A DNA stretch of 55,431 bases, from NCBI GenBank assembly GCA_044356325.1, contig JBIKWJ010000005.1, forward strand, positions 1 through 55,431. Direction: 5' to 3'. The position numbers and the translations under genes are program-made. The notes under the pieces were generated by a model. It saw only the letters and a list, made by a program, of their open reading frames with translations. It was not told where the DNA came from and searched no databases. The stretch comes from Minisyncoccia bacterium (GTDB lineage Bacteria; Patescibacteriota; Minisyncoccia; SW-4-49-11). Within the stretch, counting starts at the first letter, position 1. Every line of letters starts with the position of its first letter. Positions 30,200 to 38,806 of the stretch are shown piece by piece.

Positions 30200-31444
30200 T
30201 TATGTCTGAAAATTACCAACAAGAGTATATATAGGAAGAAGAATAGCAACCGCTAGAAATACAACTCCTATCCAAACTACAAGCAATAAGGCTGGTTCTA
30301 ATAATACTGCAATATTTTTGGAAATTTGATCAGATTCTTCCTCATATCGCTCTCCAAGTTGTTCCAATACTTCTGGTAATTTACCAGATTCTTCTCCTGC
30401 AGTAATAATTTCTTGAGCGGCAAAAGGAAATAATTTATTAGTCTTTTTTTGATTAACACTAAAACAATTATGAAAACTTTTTCCATCTTGAATATAAGCT
30501 GCTATTGATTTGGTATATTCTTTATACATATAATAATCATGTATTTCAGCTAAAGAGAATAATGCCTTGGTAATAGGAATACCAGAATTTAATAACATAG
30601 CAAGATTATAAGAAAATCGAGAGACTTCACTCATTTGAATTAAATCTTTGAATACAGGCAAATGAAACATTAGCCACTGCCCCGATTTCTTGGTTGCAGG
30701 CAATATAAATAATATCATAATAGCCAAAGTAAGCACTCCGAATATAATAGGGATAACAATATACCAATATGATGCCATAAGGTTTCCTAATTGAATAAGA
30801 AGTTTGGTCATTAATGGCAATTTGACATTCATATTTCCAAATACTTGACCAATACGAGGTAAGATAAATGTAGCCACCAAAACTCCCAATACAAGAACAA
30901 AACTCATCACAAAAAGTGGGTAAAATAAGGCTGACTTTAACTGCCCCTGACGTCTTTTATCCTTATCAAGAGTAATAACTGTTCTTCGAATTTTATCAGC
31001 TAAATTACCTGATTCTTCACCAATCCTAATAAGAGAAATCAGAAATTTAGGGAGGAAATTATGTTCATCCATTGTTTGAGATAGACTACTTCCATTTTCA
31101 ACACTAACTAACATAGAGTATAATGTTTTTTTTAGGACTTTATCTTGAGTATTTTTCTCTAATGTTCGAAGTGCGGTATTAACACCCATCCCTGAACTCA
31201 CCAAAAGAGCAAGAGTATCGAGAAAGGTTCTTTTTGCCTTATTAATGCTACTACTTCCCCTCTTTTTTTGTTTTAATTTATTTGCATTTTTTATAGCTTG
31301 AGGATTTTGTTGTGAATCTTTATCAGGATAAGCTTCTTGTATCTTATTAAAAAGAGAGCTTTTCACATCAAATGTCTCAGTTTTACCAGTATTTGATGCT
31401 GGGGCTTCTTGTTTTGATGCTTGTGATTTTTGAAAAAATGCCAT
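30200..31444 (-). CDS. pilC: type IV pilus / T2SS platform protein (GspF/PilC family)
   Basis: 414 aa with two GspF-type repeats and three TM segments. Directly downstream of pilB. Confidence 0.9.
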   Translation of the reverse strand: MAFFQKSQASKQEAPASNTGKTETFDVKSSLFNKIQEAYPDKDSQQNPQAIKNANKLKQKKRGSSSINKAKRTFLDTLALLVSSGMGVNTALRTLEKNTQDKVLKKTLYSMLVSVENGSSLSQTMDEHNFLPKFLISLIRIGEESGNLADKIRRTVITLDKDKRRQGQLKSALFYPLFVMSFVLVLGVLVATFILPRIGQVFGNMNVKLPLMTKLLIQLGNLMASYWYIVIPIIFGVLTLAIMILFILPATKKSGQWLMFHLPVFKDLIQMSEVSRFSYNLAMLLNSGIPITKALFSLAEIHDYYMYKEYTKSIAAYIQDGKSFHNCFSVNQKKTNKLFPFAAQEIITAGEESGKLPEVLEQLGERYEEESDQISKNIAVLLEPALLLVVWIGVVFLAVAILLPIYTLVGNFQT

Positions 31445-31449
31445 AATAG

Positions 31450-33177
31450 TTATTCTTCTGGTATTTGAGCTACTCGCATTACTTCATCGAGAGTAGTTAT
31501 CCCTAATCGTACTTTTTCTATACCATCTTCAAATAAGGATTTACTTCCCTGTTCACTAGCTATTTTTGCAATTATATCTGCTGTCGGATTATGTAGAGCA
31601 GCATTTCTTAATTCTTCTGACATTTCAATAAATTGATATACTCCACTTCTTCCTTTATATCCAGTAAATCCGCAATTTGCACATCCCTTACCCCGATATA
31701 ATGTTAGAGTTTCCTCAGGAAAAAATCGTACCAATGAGGCACTTATAGTTGTCTCTAACTCAACCCTACTCACCGTATAGGTATACACACAGCCTGAACA
31801 AATTTTACGAATCAATCTCTGAGCAATAATTAATTGTAATGTAGAGGATAATAAAAAGGGATCAATATCCATATTCAATAATCGAGGCAAGGTACTTTGT
31901 CCATCATTAGCGTGAACTGTAGAAAAAAGCAAATGTCCTGTTAGGGCAGCATTAATAGAAATTTGTGCGGTTTCACCATCTCTAATCTCTCCTACTAATA
32001 CAATATCAGGATCTTGTCGCAAAATAGAACGTAATCCTTTAGCAAAGGTTAAATCTGTATCTTTATTGACTTGAATATGATTAACTCCTTCAATTTTATA
32101 TTCTACTGGATCTTCAATGGTAGTAATATTACGTCCTTCACTATTAATAGTTTTGAGAATAGAATACAAAGTTGTTGATTTTCCTGATCCAGTAGGTCCT
32201 GTTACCAATACCATACCAAATGGCTTTTGAGCTGCCTTTCTTAATGTTTTAATATTTTTATCATTAAGTCCTAAAGTTTCAAGAGTAACACTTGATGAGG
32301 TGTTGGTCAGTACTCTCATTACGATTTTTTCCCCATATACTGTTGGAACTATAGATACACGTACATCTGATACTTTATTATTTTTTTCAAATCGAATGGC
32401 ACCATCTTGTGGAATAAAGTGTTCATCCGTTCTTAGCTGAGCTTTTACTTTAATTAAATTCAATACATTTTCATAATAAGAAAATGGAATTCTTCCCACC
32501 TCTTGTAACATACCATCTATACGAAATCGAATCCTTACTGTCTTATCATACTGAGCCTCAAAGTGAATATCTGAAACTCTTTCCTCAACCGCTTCTTGCA
32601 CAATCTCTTCTACAATTTCAGGAGCAACTGTATCAAACTTTTGCATTATAGCTACAAATCTTGATGCCAATGGAGCTTTGTAACTGAGGAGCAACTTATC
32701 GATATCTTGAGTGAGCGAATATCCAAATTCTACCGGTTTTTTAAATAACTTCACTAATTCCTCTTTCAAATCTCGCTCTGCCTTGATTTCTTTTTTTCCG
32801 CCGATTATTCCTGCTTTTTCTTCTGTTCTAATAATAAGCTTAGCATTTCCTTTTAATACTAAATTACTATCTGAAGCAATTTGAATTTTATCTGGCAAAT
32901 CTTTAAAGTATACTAATCTAAGTTCCCGAGCTACAGCTTCTGGAATTTTAATCACATCTTCTTTGGGTGGAAGAAAGGTGTTTAAATCAAGATAAGGAAC
33001 CCCCCAAGACTCAGCCAAAGCTTGTCCTATAATATCATAGGTAATTAAATTAGTTTGAACAAGATAATCTACCGCAATAGAAAAATTATTATTAGTACTA
33101 GATAATGCTAATTTACGGTCTTCATCCGTAATATATTGTGTATTGACTAATAGTTCAAGTATTGCTTCTGGTTCCAT
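31450..33177 (-). CDS. pilB: type IV pilus assembly ATPase (GspE/PilB family)
   Basis: Walker A GPTGSGKST, Asp and His boxes, tetracysteine CSGC...CANC motif, and an N-terminal GspE_N-like domain. Confidence 0.92.
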   Translation of the reverse strand: MEPEAILELLVNTQYITDEDRKLALSSTNNNFSIAVDYLVQTNLITYDIIGQALAESWGVPYLDLNTFLPPKEDVIKIPEAVARELRLVYFKDLPDKIQIASDSNLVLKGNAKLIIRTEEKAGIIGGKKEIKAERDLKEELVKLFKKPVEFGYSLTQDIDKLLLSYKAPLASRFVAIMQKFDTVAPEIVEEIVQEAVEERVSDIHFEAQYDKTVRIRFRIDGMLQEVGRIPFSYYENVLNLIKVKAQLRTDEHFIPQDGAIRFEKNNKVSDVRVSIVPTVYGEKIVMRVLTNTSSSVTLETLGLNDKNIKTLRKAAQKPFGMVLVTGPTGSGKSTTLYSILKTINSEGRNITTIEDPVEYKIEGVNHIQVNKDTDLTFAKGLRSILRQDPDIVLVGEIRDGETAQISINAALTGHLLFSTVHANDGQSTLPRLLNMDIDPFLLSSTLQLIIAQRLIRKICSGCVYTYTVSRVELETTISASLVRFFPEETLTLYRGKGCANCGFTGYKGRSGVYQFIEMSEELRNAALHNPTADIIAKIASEQGSKSLFEDGIEKVRLGITTLDEVMRVAQIPEE

Positions 33178-33220
33178 ATAGTATTTATTTCATTTCTTTT
33201 ATTATATCAGAGATTATTGA

Positions 33221-33586
33221 TTATGTCTCTAGTATAGTTTTTATACTGTCTATTAAATTAGAAATTGACATTTCTGATTTAACATAATAGGCTGATACTC
33301 CTAAGTCTTGTACTCTTTTCCTATCTTCTGGCTGCCCTAGATTTGTCATTACAATTACCTTTGTCGCTTGATTTTTGGCTCTAATTGCTTCTAATATCGT
33401 AAACCCATCTACTTCTGGTAAAATTAAGTCTAATAAAACACAATCATAGTTTTGAGTTTTTACTAATTCTAAAGCTTGATTACCCGCATTGGCAATTGTG
33501 GTAACAATACCTGCCTGCTTTAACTTTAAATCAAGCACACGAGATATTGCTTGTTCATCTTCAACAATGAGTATACTATATGCCAT
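33221..33586 (-). CDS. single-domain response regulator (CheY/PilH-like receiver only)
   Basis: 121 aa with ILIVEDE, the phospho-acceptor context CVLLDLILPEVDG, and a conserved Lys region. No output domain. Confidence 0.9.
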   Translation of the reverse strand: MAYSILIVEDEQAISRVLDLKLKQAGIVTTIANAGNQALELVKTQNYDCVLLDLILPEVDGFTILEAIRAKNQATKVIVMTNLGQPEDRKRVQDLGVSAYYVKSEMSISNLIDSIKTILET

Positions 33587-33606
33587 TTTTATTCCTATAT
33601 TGATTA

Positions 33607-35214
33607 TTATATCACATTGTGATTATCCACAACAAGAGGAAGCTCTATAAAGAATATGGTACCCTTATTCTCCTCAGATTGAAACCATACATTACCACCC
33701 ATAGCCTCTACTAATTTTTTCACCACATATAAACCTAATCCATTTCCATCAGTATGACCATTCTTTGCATTATCTGCTCGAAATAATCTTCCAAAAATTT
33801 GTGCTTGCTGTGAAACAGGTATACCAAAACCATCATCTGCTATTTCTATATGTATGACATTATTTTCAGGAGCAGTATAGGCTTTAATAGATATATGTCC
33901 ATTTGAGGGGGTATATTTAACAGCATTAGATAAAATATTTCCAATAATAATATCTGTATACACTGGGTCATTTATAATTTGTTTATTTATGGTGATATCT
34001 TTTTGAATTGTCAAATTCTTTGTAAGAATTTCTGAATTTAATGTCTTTAATAAAGTGTCTATATATTCGACAATATTAATCTCTTTAGTAACAAATTTAA
34101 TTTTCCCCAAATCAATTCGTGAGAGATTTAATAATGCATTAACTAATTTCTCCATTCTATTATTTTCCTTATAAATATCATCAACTGCATCTCTTAAATC
34201 CTGATCAAGATTTTCTGCAGATAATAATAATTCTGAATTCCACTTAATAGATGTTATAGGGGTTCTTAACTGATGAGATGCAATAGATACAAATTCTTTT
34301 TGTGCTCTTTCTGTTTCCTGCTCTTGTGTCTTATCCCGAATAATGTCAACAAATCCAACAATATCATTATCAACCTTAATGGGGTTGGCTGTATTTTCTA
34401 TAGTAACTTTTTGTTTATCAGTAGGAGATTCATAGTTAAATACTCTTGTAATTCGCTCCCCCTGAATGGTTTTTGATAATAATGCACGTGAATGAGCATT
34501 TGTAGAACTATTTTCTGCAGATGGCAATACTTGATTAATAAATCTTCCAATTAATTTATCCGCATCTAGTCCTAATAATTTTTCACTTTCTTCATTTACT
34601 AAGAAAATATTTCCATCTCTACTAGAGGCTAATAATCCATTGGGTATGGCATTAATAATAGCTGTGGTTTTAGCCTGCTCTAATTGTAATAATTTTTGCT
34701 GTTTTTCTAACTGAGCAACCAATTTTGATAATTCTTCTTTAGATTTTGCTAATTCAGTATTTTGTTTAGTGAGTGCTTCTAGTTTTTGAATATACATTTC
34801 AGTTCCTTTTGATACATCGATTTTACGCGTAATAGAAGTTCTTTTAAGCTGAGATAAAGAGCTTTGCATAAATTCTTGTAAATAAGCTACTTCCGCATGA
34901 TCAATATCTCCACTTTTTGCAATACCATCTACAATTTGTGCAATAATATTAAATGTTTCATAACTAGGCTTAATAATTCCTACATAAATACTATAAGAAA
35001 AAAACCAGCCTAAAACTAAGAATCCCAAAAGGCCTCCTATTAACATATTAGTAACTTGATTAGTATAAATAATATTAATATTTCCTGAATATTGTAAATA
35101 CCATAATCCTGCAACCAATACATAAATCATTGCATTAAACAAGAATATTAATGTAGTGAAAACACGAAATATCGCTGATTTAATAAGTGGTTTTGTTTGT
35201 GTTGTTATTGCCAT
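33607..35214 (-). CDS. sensor histidine kinase (2 TM, coiled coil, PAS, HisKA, HATPase)
   Basis: H-box SIASHQLRTPITSI, N-box NAVKYT, G-boxes DDGFGIP and GNGLGLY. A PAS-like segment lies before the H-box. Confidence 0.9.
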   Translation of the reverse strand: MAITTQTKPLIKSAIFRVFTTLIFLFNAMIYVLVAGLWYLQYSGNINIIYTNQVTNMLIGGLLGFLVLGWFFSYSIYVGIIKPSYETFNIIAQIVDGIAKSGDIDHAEVAYLQEFMQSSLSQLKRTSITRKIDVSKGTEMYIQKLEALTKQNTELAKSKEELSKLVAQLEKQQKLLQLEQAKTTAIINAIPNGLLASSRDGNIFLVNEESEKLLGLDADKLIGRFINQVLPSAENSSTNAHSRALLSKTIQGERITRVFNYESPTDKQKVTIENTANPIKVDNDIVGFVDIIRDKTQEQETERAQKEFVSIASHQLRTPITSIKWNSELLLSAENLDQDLRDAVDDIYKENNRMEKLVNALLNLSRIDLGKIKFVTKEINIVEYIDTLLKTLNSEILTKNLTIQKDITINKQIINDPVYTDIIIGNILSNAVKYTPSNGHISIKAYTAPENNVIHIEIADDGFGIPVSQQAQIFGRLFRADNAKNGHTDGNGLGLYVVKKLVEAMGGNVWFQSEENKGTIFFIELPLVVDNHNVI

Positions 35215-35218
35215 ATTT

Positions 35219-35653
35219 TTATTCTATAGTATTAATAGTAAGTCCATTTTCTGCAAGCGGAGCTGATACAATTACTTTTCCTTGGGTAGTAGCATATACC
35301 GTATATCCGGTTAATATACTACCCGTCTGCGAAGGGTCTATGGGAGGATTTCCAAGACGGATATATTTGGATATTTCCGCTGTAATATCAATTTGAGTAG
35401 AATTCTCTGAACAACCAGTCTGACAAATATTAATAGCTGAGGTCGTAATACCCGCTGGAAGATTCCCCCGATTATCTTCACGATATTGATTAATAGCTGT
35501 ATAAATACTTAATACATCTGATTTACGTTGCATATTTTTTACATCTCCAAACTGTCTTCGAGGATTTACCAGCTGCAAAACTATAGCTAACAATATACCT
35601 ATTAAGGCCATTACTAATAAAATTTCTAATAATGTAAATGCTTTTTTAACCAT
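35219..35653 (-). CDS. type IV pilin / GspG-like pseudopilin (second major-pilin candidate; Ala at -1)
   Basis: MVKKA|FTLLEILLVMALIGILLAIV then VNPRRQ...DVLSIYTAINQY. Paralogous to 12312..12890. Confidence 0.8.
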   Translation of the reverse strand: MVKKAFTLLEILLVMALIGILLAIVLQLVNPRRQFGDVKNMQRKSDVLSIYTAINQYREDNRGNLPAGITTSAINICQTGCSENSTQIDITAEISKYIRLGNPPIDPSQTGSILTGYTVYATTQGKVIVSAPLAENGLTINTIE

Positions 35654-36195
35654 TATGGTGTTATGTCTTTAAATGCGCTTTGTGCATCACCAAAATTATC
35701 ATCTCTTAATTGATAATTTTGACTTGTAGCACTAATACCTGAGGGTTTATTTATTACAATATTAGCAAGGGTCTCGGATAAAGTTATTGTCTTAGTATCT
35801 CCTTCTGGATTAATTTGATAGGTGACAGTTACTGTTACTAATTTGGAATCAAGAGCCGATGTATTGGTGTCAATGGTAATACGCCTTGTTCTTAAGGGAC
35901 TTGTTAATTGATCATCATTTGAGACTGGACTAGTAACAATACTCCATTGACTACCACTTCTTGTCAAAGCTGCTGGAATACTCGTATTTACTAATAATGT
36001 ATAATCTCTATTTCGAATTGATCTTAAAGCCTCAACACCTTCCTGAGCCATTTCCAGAGCTTGACTCTGAGCTATGCTAGCCTGATTATTTCTCTGCGCA
36101 AGAAGTATAGCACTCACTACCCCAGCTACAGCTAAAGCTAAAATTGATCCCGCTAATAATACTTCAATCACACTATACCCACTTTTATATCTCAT
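35653..36195 (-). CDS. minor pilin (PilV-like)
   Basis: MRYKSG|YSVIEVLLAGSILALAV with Glu at +5. Overlaps the next pilin start by 1 nt. Confidence 0.7.
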   Translation of the reverse strand: MRYKSGYSVIEVLLAGSILALAVAGVVSAILLAQRNNQASIAQSQALEMAQEGVEALRSIRNRDYTLLVNTSIPAALTRSGSQWSIVTSPVSNDDQLTSPLRTRRITIDTNTSALDSKLVTVTVTYQINPEGDTKTITLSETLANIVINKPSGISATSQNYQLRDDNFGDAQSAFKDITP

Positions 36196-36228
36196 ATGTA
36201 TTTTAAATCGAAACCTAATTCAAGTATA

Positions 36229-37284
36229 TCATTTATTTACCTTCTTTACAATAATTTGAGTTAATAAAAATGATATGACAATTAATATTCCAGCTCCTAT
36301 GATAAATACTGCTATTTTTCCACGGGTATCAAGTATCAGAGCTGATATTCCAAATATAATACTAATAATATACATGATCCCTACTGCAAATCTTTGTCTC
36401 AAACCAATTTGTAATAATTTATGGTGAAAATGCCTATTGTCTGCTTTAAATATTGATTTTTTATTCCAAATTCGTTGAGAAATAACTACAATTGCATCAA
36501 TAATAGGGAATGCGAGCACCAGAGAAGAGGTTGCAACTTTACCTCCACTAATAAGAGCTAATACTGCCAACATATATCCTAAAAACATACTTCCATATGT
36601 TCCTAAGAATATTTTAGATGGATACCAATTAAATCGTAAAAATCCTAAATATAATCCCATTAAAAGAGTTGCGATAAGAGCTATATGTGGCTGATTTACA
36701 AAAGGGGTTAATGACAATATCGTTAATGTAACAAACCCAATCACCCCCACGCCTCCCGCAAGCCCATCAACCCCATCAAGCCAATTCACTACATTCATTA
36801 ATCCCACAATCCATAAAGCGGTAATAATATCTTTTGGGAATACCATAGGCCCCAAATTCCAGGTATCAATAAACCATAATCCCCCATTGGGTAAACTTAA
36901 AGCTTGAATTCCAATATCTGAGACAATAACAATACCCGCGATACCAAATTGCCAAATAAATTGCATTTTCCAAGACAAATCATATTTTTCATCAATATAG
37001 CCATATATTAAGATAGCTATTGCCCCTAATAATAGTCCTAAAAACTCTTTTTGCCATGTAATTAAGCCTCCCCAAATACACAATAAAAATAAACTAACAA
37101 ATAATGGTATAATAATAAGTCCTCCAATTTTAGGCTTAATACTGGTATGAATATCACGTTTTCGTATAGATTGGTCAAAAATATGTTTTGTCCATTTTTG
37201 CTGAATCACAAAGTAAAATACACTTCTTGTGATAATATATACAATACTTATTATCCAAAAGTATATCCATTCAGGAGAATGCAT
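36229..37284 (-). CDS. polyprenyl-phosphate N-acetylhexosamine-1-phosphate transferase (MraY/WecA family)
   Basis: NVVNWLDGVDGLAGG and polytopic profile. A second MraY-superfamily gene in the window. Confidence 0.8.
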   Translation of the reverse strand: MHSPEWIYFWIISIVYIITRSVFYFVIQQKWTKHIFDQSIRKRDIHTSIKPKIGGLIIIPLFVSLFLLCIWGGLITWQKEFLGLLLGAIAILIYGYIDEKYDLSWKMQFIWQFGIAGIVIVSDIGIQALSLPNGGLWFIDTWNLGPMVFPKDIITALWIVGLMNVVNWLDGVDGLAGGVGVIGFVTLTILSLTPFVNQPHIALIATLLMGLYLGFLRFNWYPSKIFLGTYGSMFLGYMLAVLALISGGKVATSSLVLAFPIIDAIVVISQRIWNKKSIFKADNRHFHHKLLQIGLRQRFAVGIMYIISIIFGISALILDTRGKIAVFIIGAGILIVISFLLTQIIVKKVNK

Positions 37285-37286
37285 AA

Positions 37287-37787
37287 TTATGAAGACACTT
37301 TTACTCGAGCTGAACGAATTAATGCTCCATGCAAGGTATATCCTACTTGTAATACTTCTGCAATAGTATTGCCTTCTCCTTCACTATCAACTGCCTCATG
37401 AATATGAGGATTAAACTCCTGTCCCAACGGATCAATAATCTCTACCCCTTCTGCCAATAAAATATCTTGTAATTGTCTATGAATAAAAATAATACCTTGA
37501 GCCCAAGTATTATCAGCCAATTCAGTTGGTAAATGTTTCAAAGCTAATGCAAAATTATCAAAAACTGGAATTAATGTCTCTATAAGATTTTTATTTGCAA
37601 GCTGTATACTCTCTGCTCTCAATCTATCAGATTCTCTCTTTAAATTCTGATAATCAGCTTGTGCCCTTTGCCAACCAGATAAATTATGTGCTGATTCTTG
37701 CTCTAAACGAATAATGGTATCTTGTAATTCTTGAATATTTATATCCCCTATTACCGTATTATCTTGATCTGACTTATTTTTCTTCAT
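37287..37787 (-). CDS. grpE: nucleotide exchange factor GrpE
   Basis: Coiled-coil N-terminus plus a C-terminal beta domain (NPHIHEAV...). Start taken at the ATG at 37787 (MKKNKSDQD). Confidence 0.88.
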   Translation of the reverse strand: MKKNKSDQDNTVIGDINIQELQDTIIRLEQESAHNLSGWQRAQADYQNLKRESDRLRAESIQLANKNLIETLIPVFDNFALALKHLPTELADNTWAQGIIFIHRQLQDILLAEGVEIIDPLGQEFNPHIHEAVDSEGEGNTIAEVLQVGYTLHGALIRSARVKVSS

Positions 37788-38493
37788 ATGTATCATTATT
37801 AAGCATATATTCAACGAGGGCTATATTTTTTGCATACTGCATACCTTTCGGCCCCACTACTACTATTGTACCATCATCTGAGTCAATTGAGAATTTACCC
37901 ACAATAACTGAATAATTATGCATAGAGCTATGCGGGCTTTCTTCCCCAATATATAATTTATAACTACCCTGACTAACATCACGCCCTATTTCATCAATAT
38001 GAGATTTAATTTCTTCTAAATCTTCTAAGGCATTATGAATAAATTCTACGGATGAAAAGCCTGGTTGAGTTAAAAAGTTAGCAACACCTTCCTCAAATAT
38101 CAAATCTGATGATAATTTACCCATAGCTACATTTCCTGATTCTTGAGCAAATGATAATAATACATTTCTGAGCTTAAGATGAATTTCATTTATCGCACTC
38201 ATATCATTCAAAAATCTATGGGTTACTGAAGCATATTGCCGTAAAATTTCTTGTCTACCTAAAAGTCGATTAACATAATATCGATACCCTTTATCTGTAG
38301 GAATACGCCCTGAGGAAGTGTGAACTTGCATCAAATAACCCTCATCCTCTAACTCAGCCAATTCGTTTCGAATAGTAGCACTAGAATATGGTAATTGATA
38401 TTTTTTCTGAATACCTAAAGAAGATACTGGTTGGGCAGTATCTATATGATCCAGTATGACACATTCTAAAAACTGTTGTTTTCTTTCATCCAT
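37774..38493 (-). CDS. hrcA: heat-inducible transcription repressor HrcA (short, 239 aa)
   Basis: N-terminal wHTH (QPVSSLGIQKKY.LPYSSATIRNELAELEDEGYL...HTSSGRIPTDKGYRYYV). hrcA-grpE synteny. Confidence 0.85.
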   Translation of the reverse strand: MDERKQQFLECVILDHIDTAQPVSSLGIQKKYQLPYSSATIRNELAELEDEGYLMQVHTSSGRIPTDKGYRYYVNRLLGRQEILRQYASVTHRFLNDMSAINEIHLKLRNVLLSFAQESGNVAMGKLSSDLIFEEGVANFLTQPGFSSVEFIHNALEDLEEIKSHIDEIGRDVSQGSYKLYIGEESPHSSMHNYSVIVGKFSIDSDDGTIVVVGPKGMQYAKNIALVEYMLNNDTYEEK

Positions 38494-38586
38494 ATTTACT
38501 TATTATAGCATAAAATTAGGCTTTTTTCAAGATATTGTATGAGATGAGGAGATCGTAGACAAAACAGATTACTATACATTACTAAC

Positions 38587-38765
38587 CTAGGGTCCCTAGC
38601 TTGTCACAAAAAGTGTCCTCCTTTGGAGGAGGTGGCCGTCAGGCCGGAGGTGGATAGAGTTCAAGTCTTTATCTTATCCACCCCCGCCTTGCAGGCTTCC
38701 CCCTCCTAAGGGGGACAAAAGTAATAATTCTTTTGTTGCGACAATATATGCGACTGCAAGGTCGC
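38587..38765. other. GC-rich hairpin cluster (candidate structured RNA or protein-binding element)
   Basis: Seven local palindromes in ~180 nt: 38587-38599, 38617-38629, 38634-38645, 38649-38682, 38686-38696, 38699-38714 and 38750-38765. The spacer is otherwise AT-rich. Confidence 0.35.
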
Positions 38766-38806
38766 CCCTACACAAATCTCATCTTATTCATAGATTATAT
38801 GAGATG

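Noticed and set aside
38587-38765. The GC-rich spacer as RNase P RNA, SRP (4.5S) RNA or a tRNA
   Set aside because: I could not find the RNase P signature (GAGGAAAGTCCGG, ACAGAA) or the SRP domain IV motif (GGAAGCAGCC around a GNRA loop). The cloverleaf-like fold has 4-nt side loops and no 7-nt anticodon loop. It remains unassigned.
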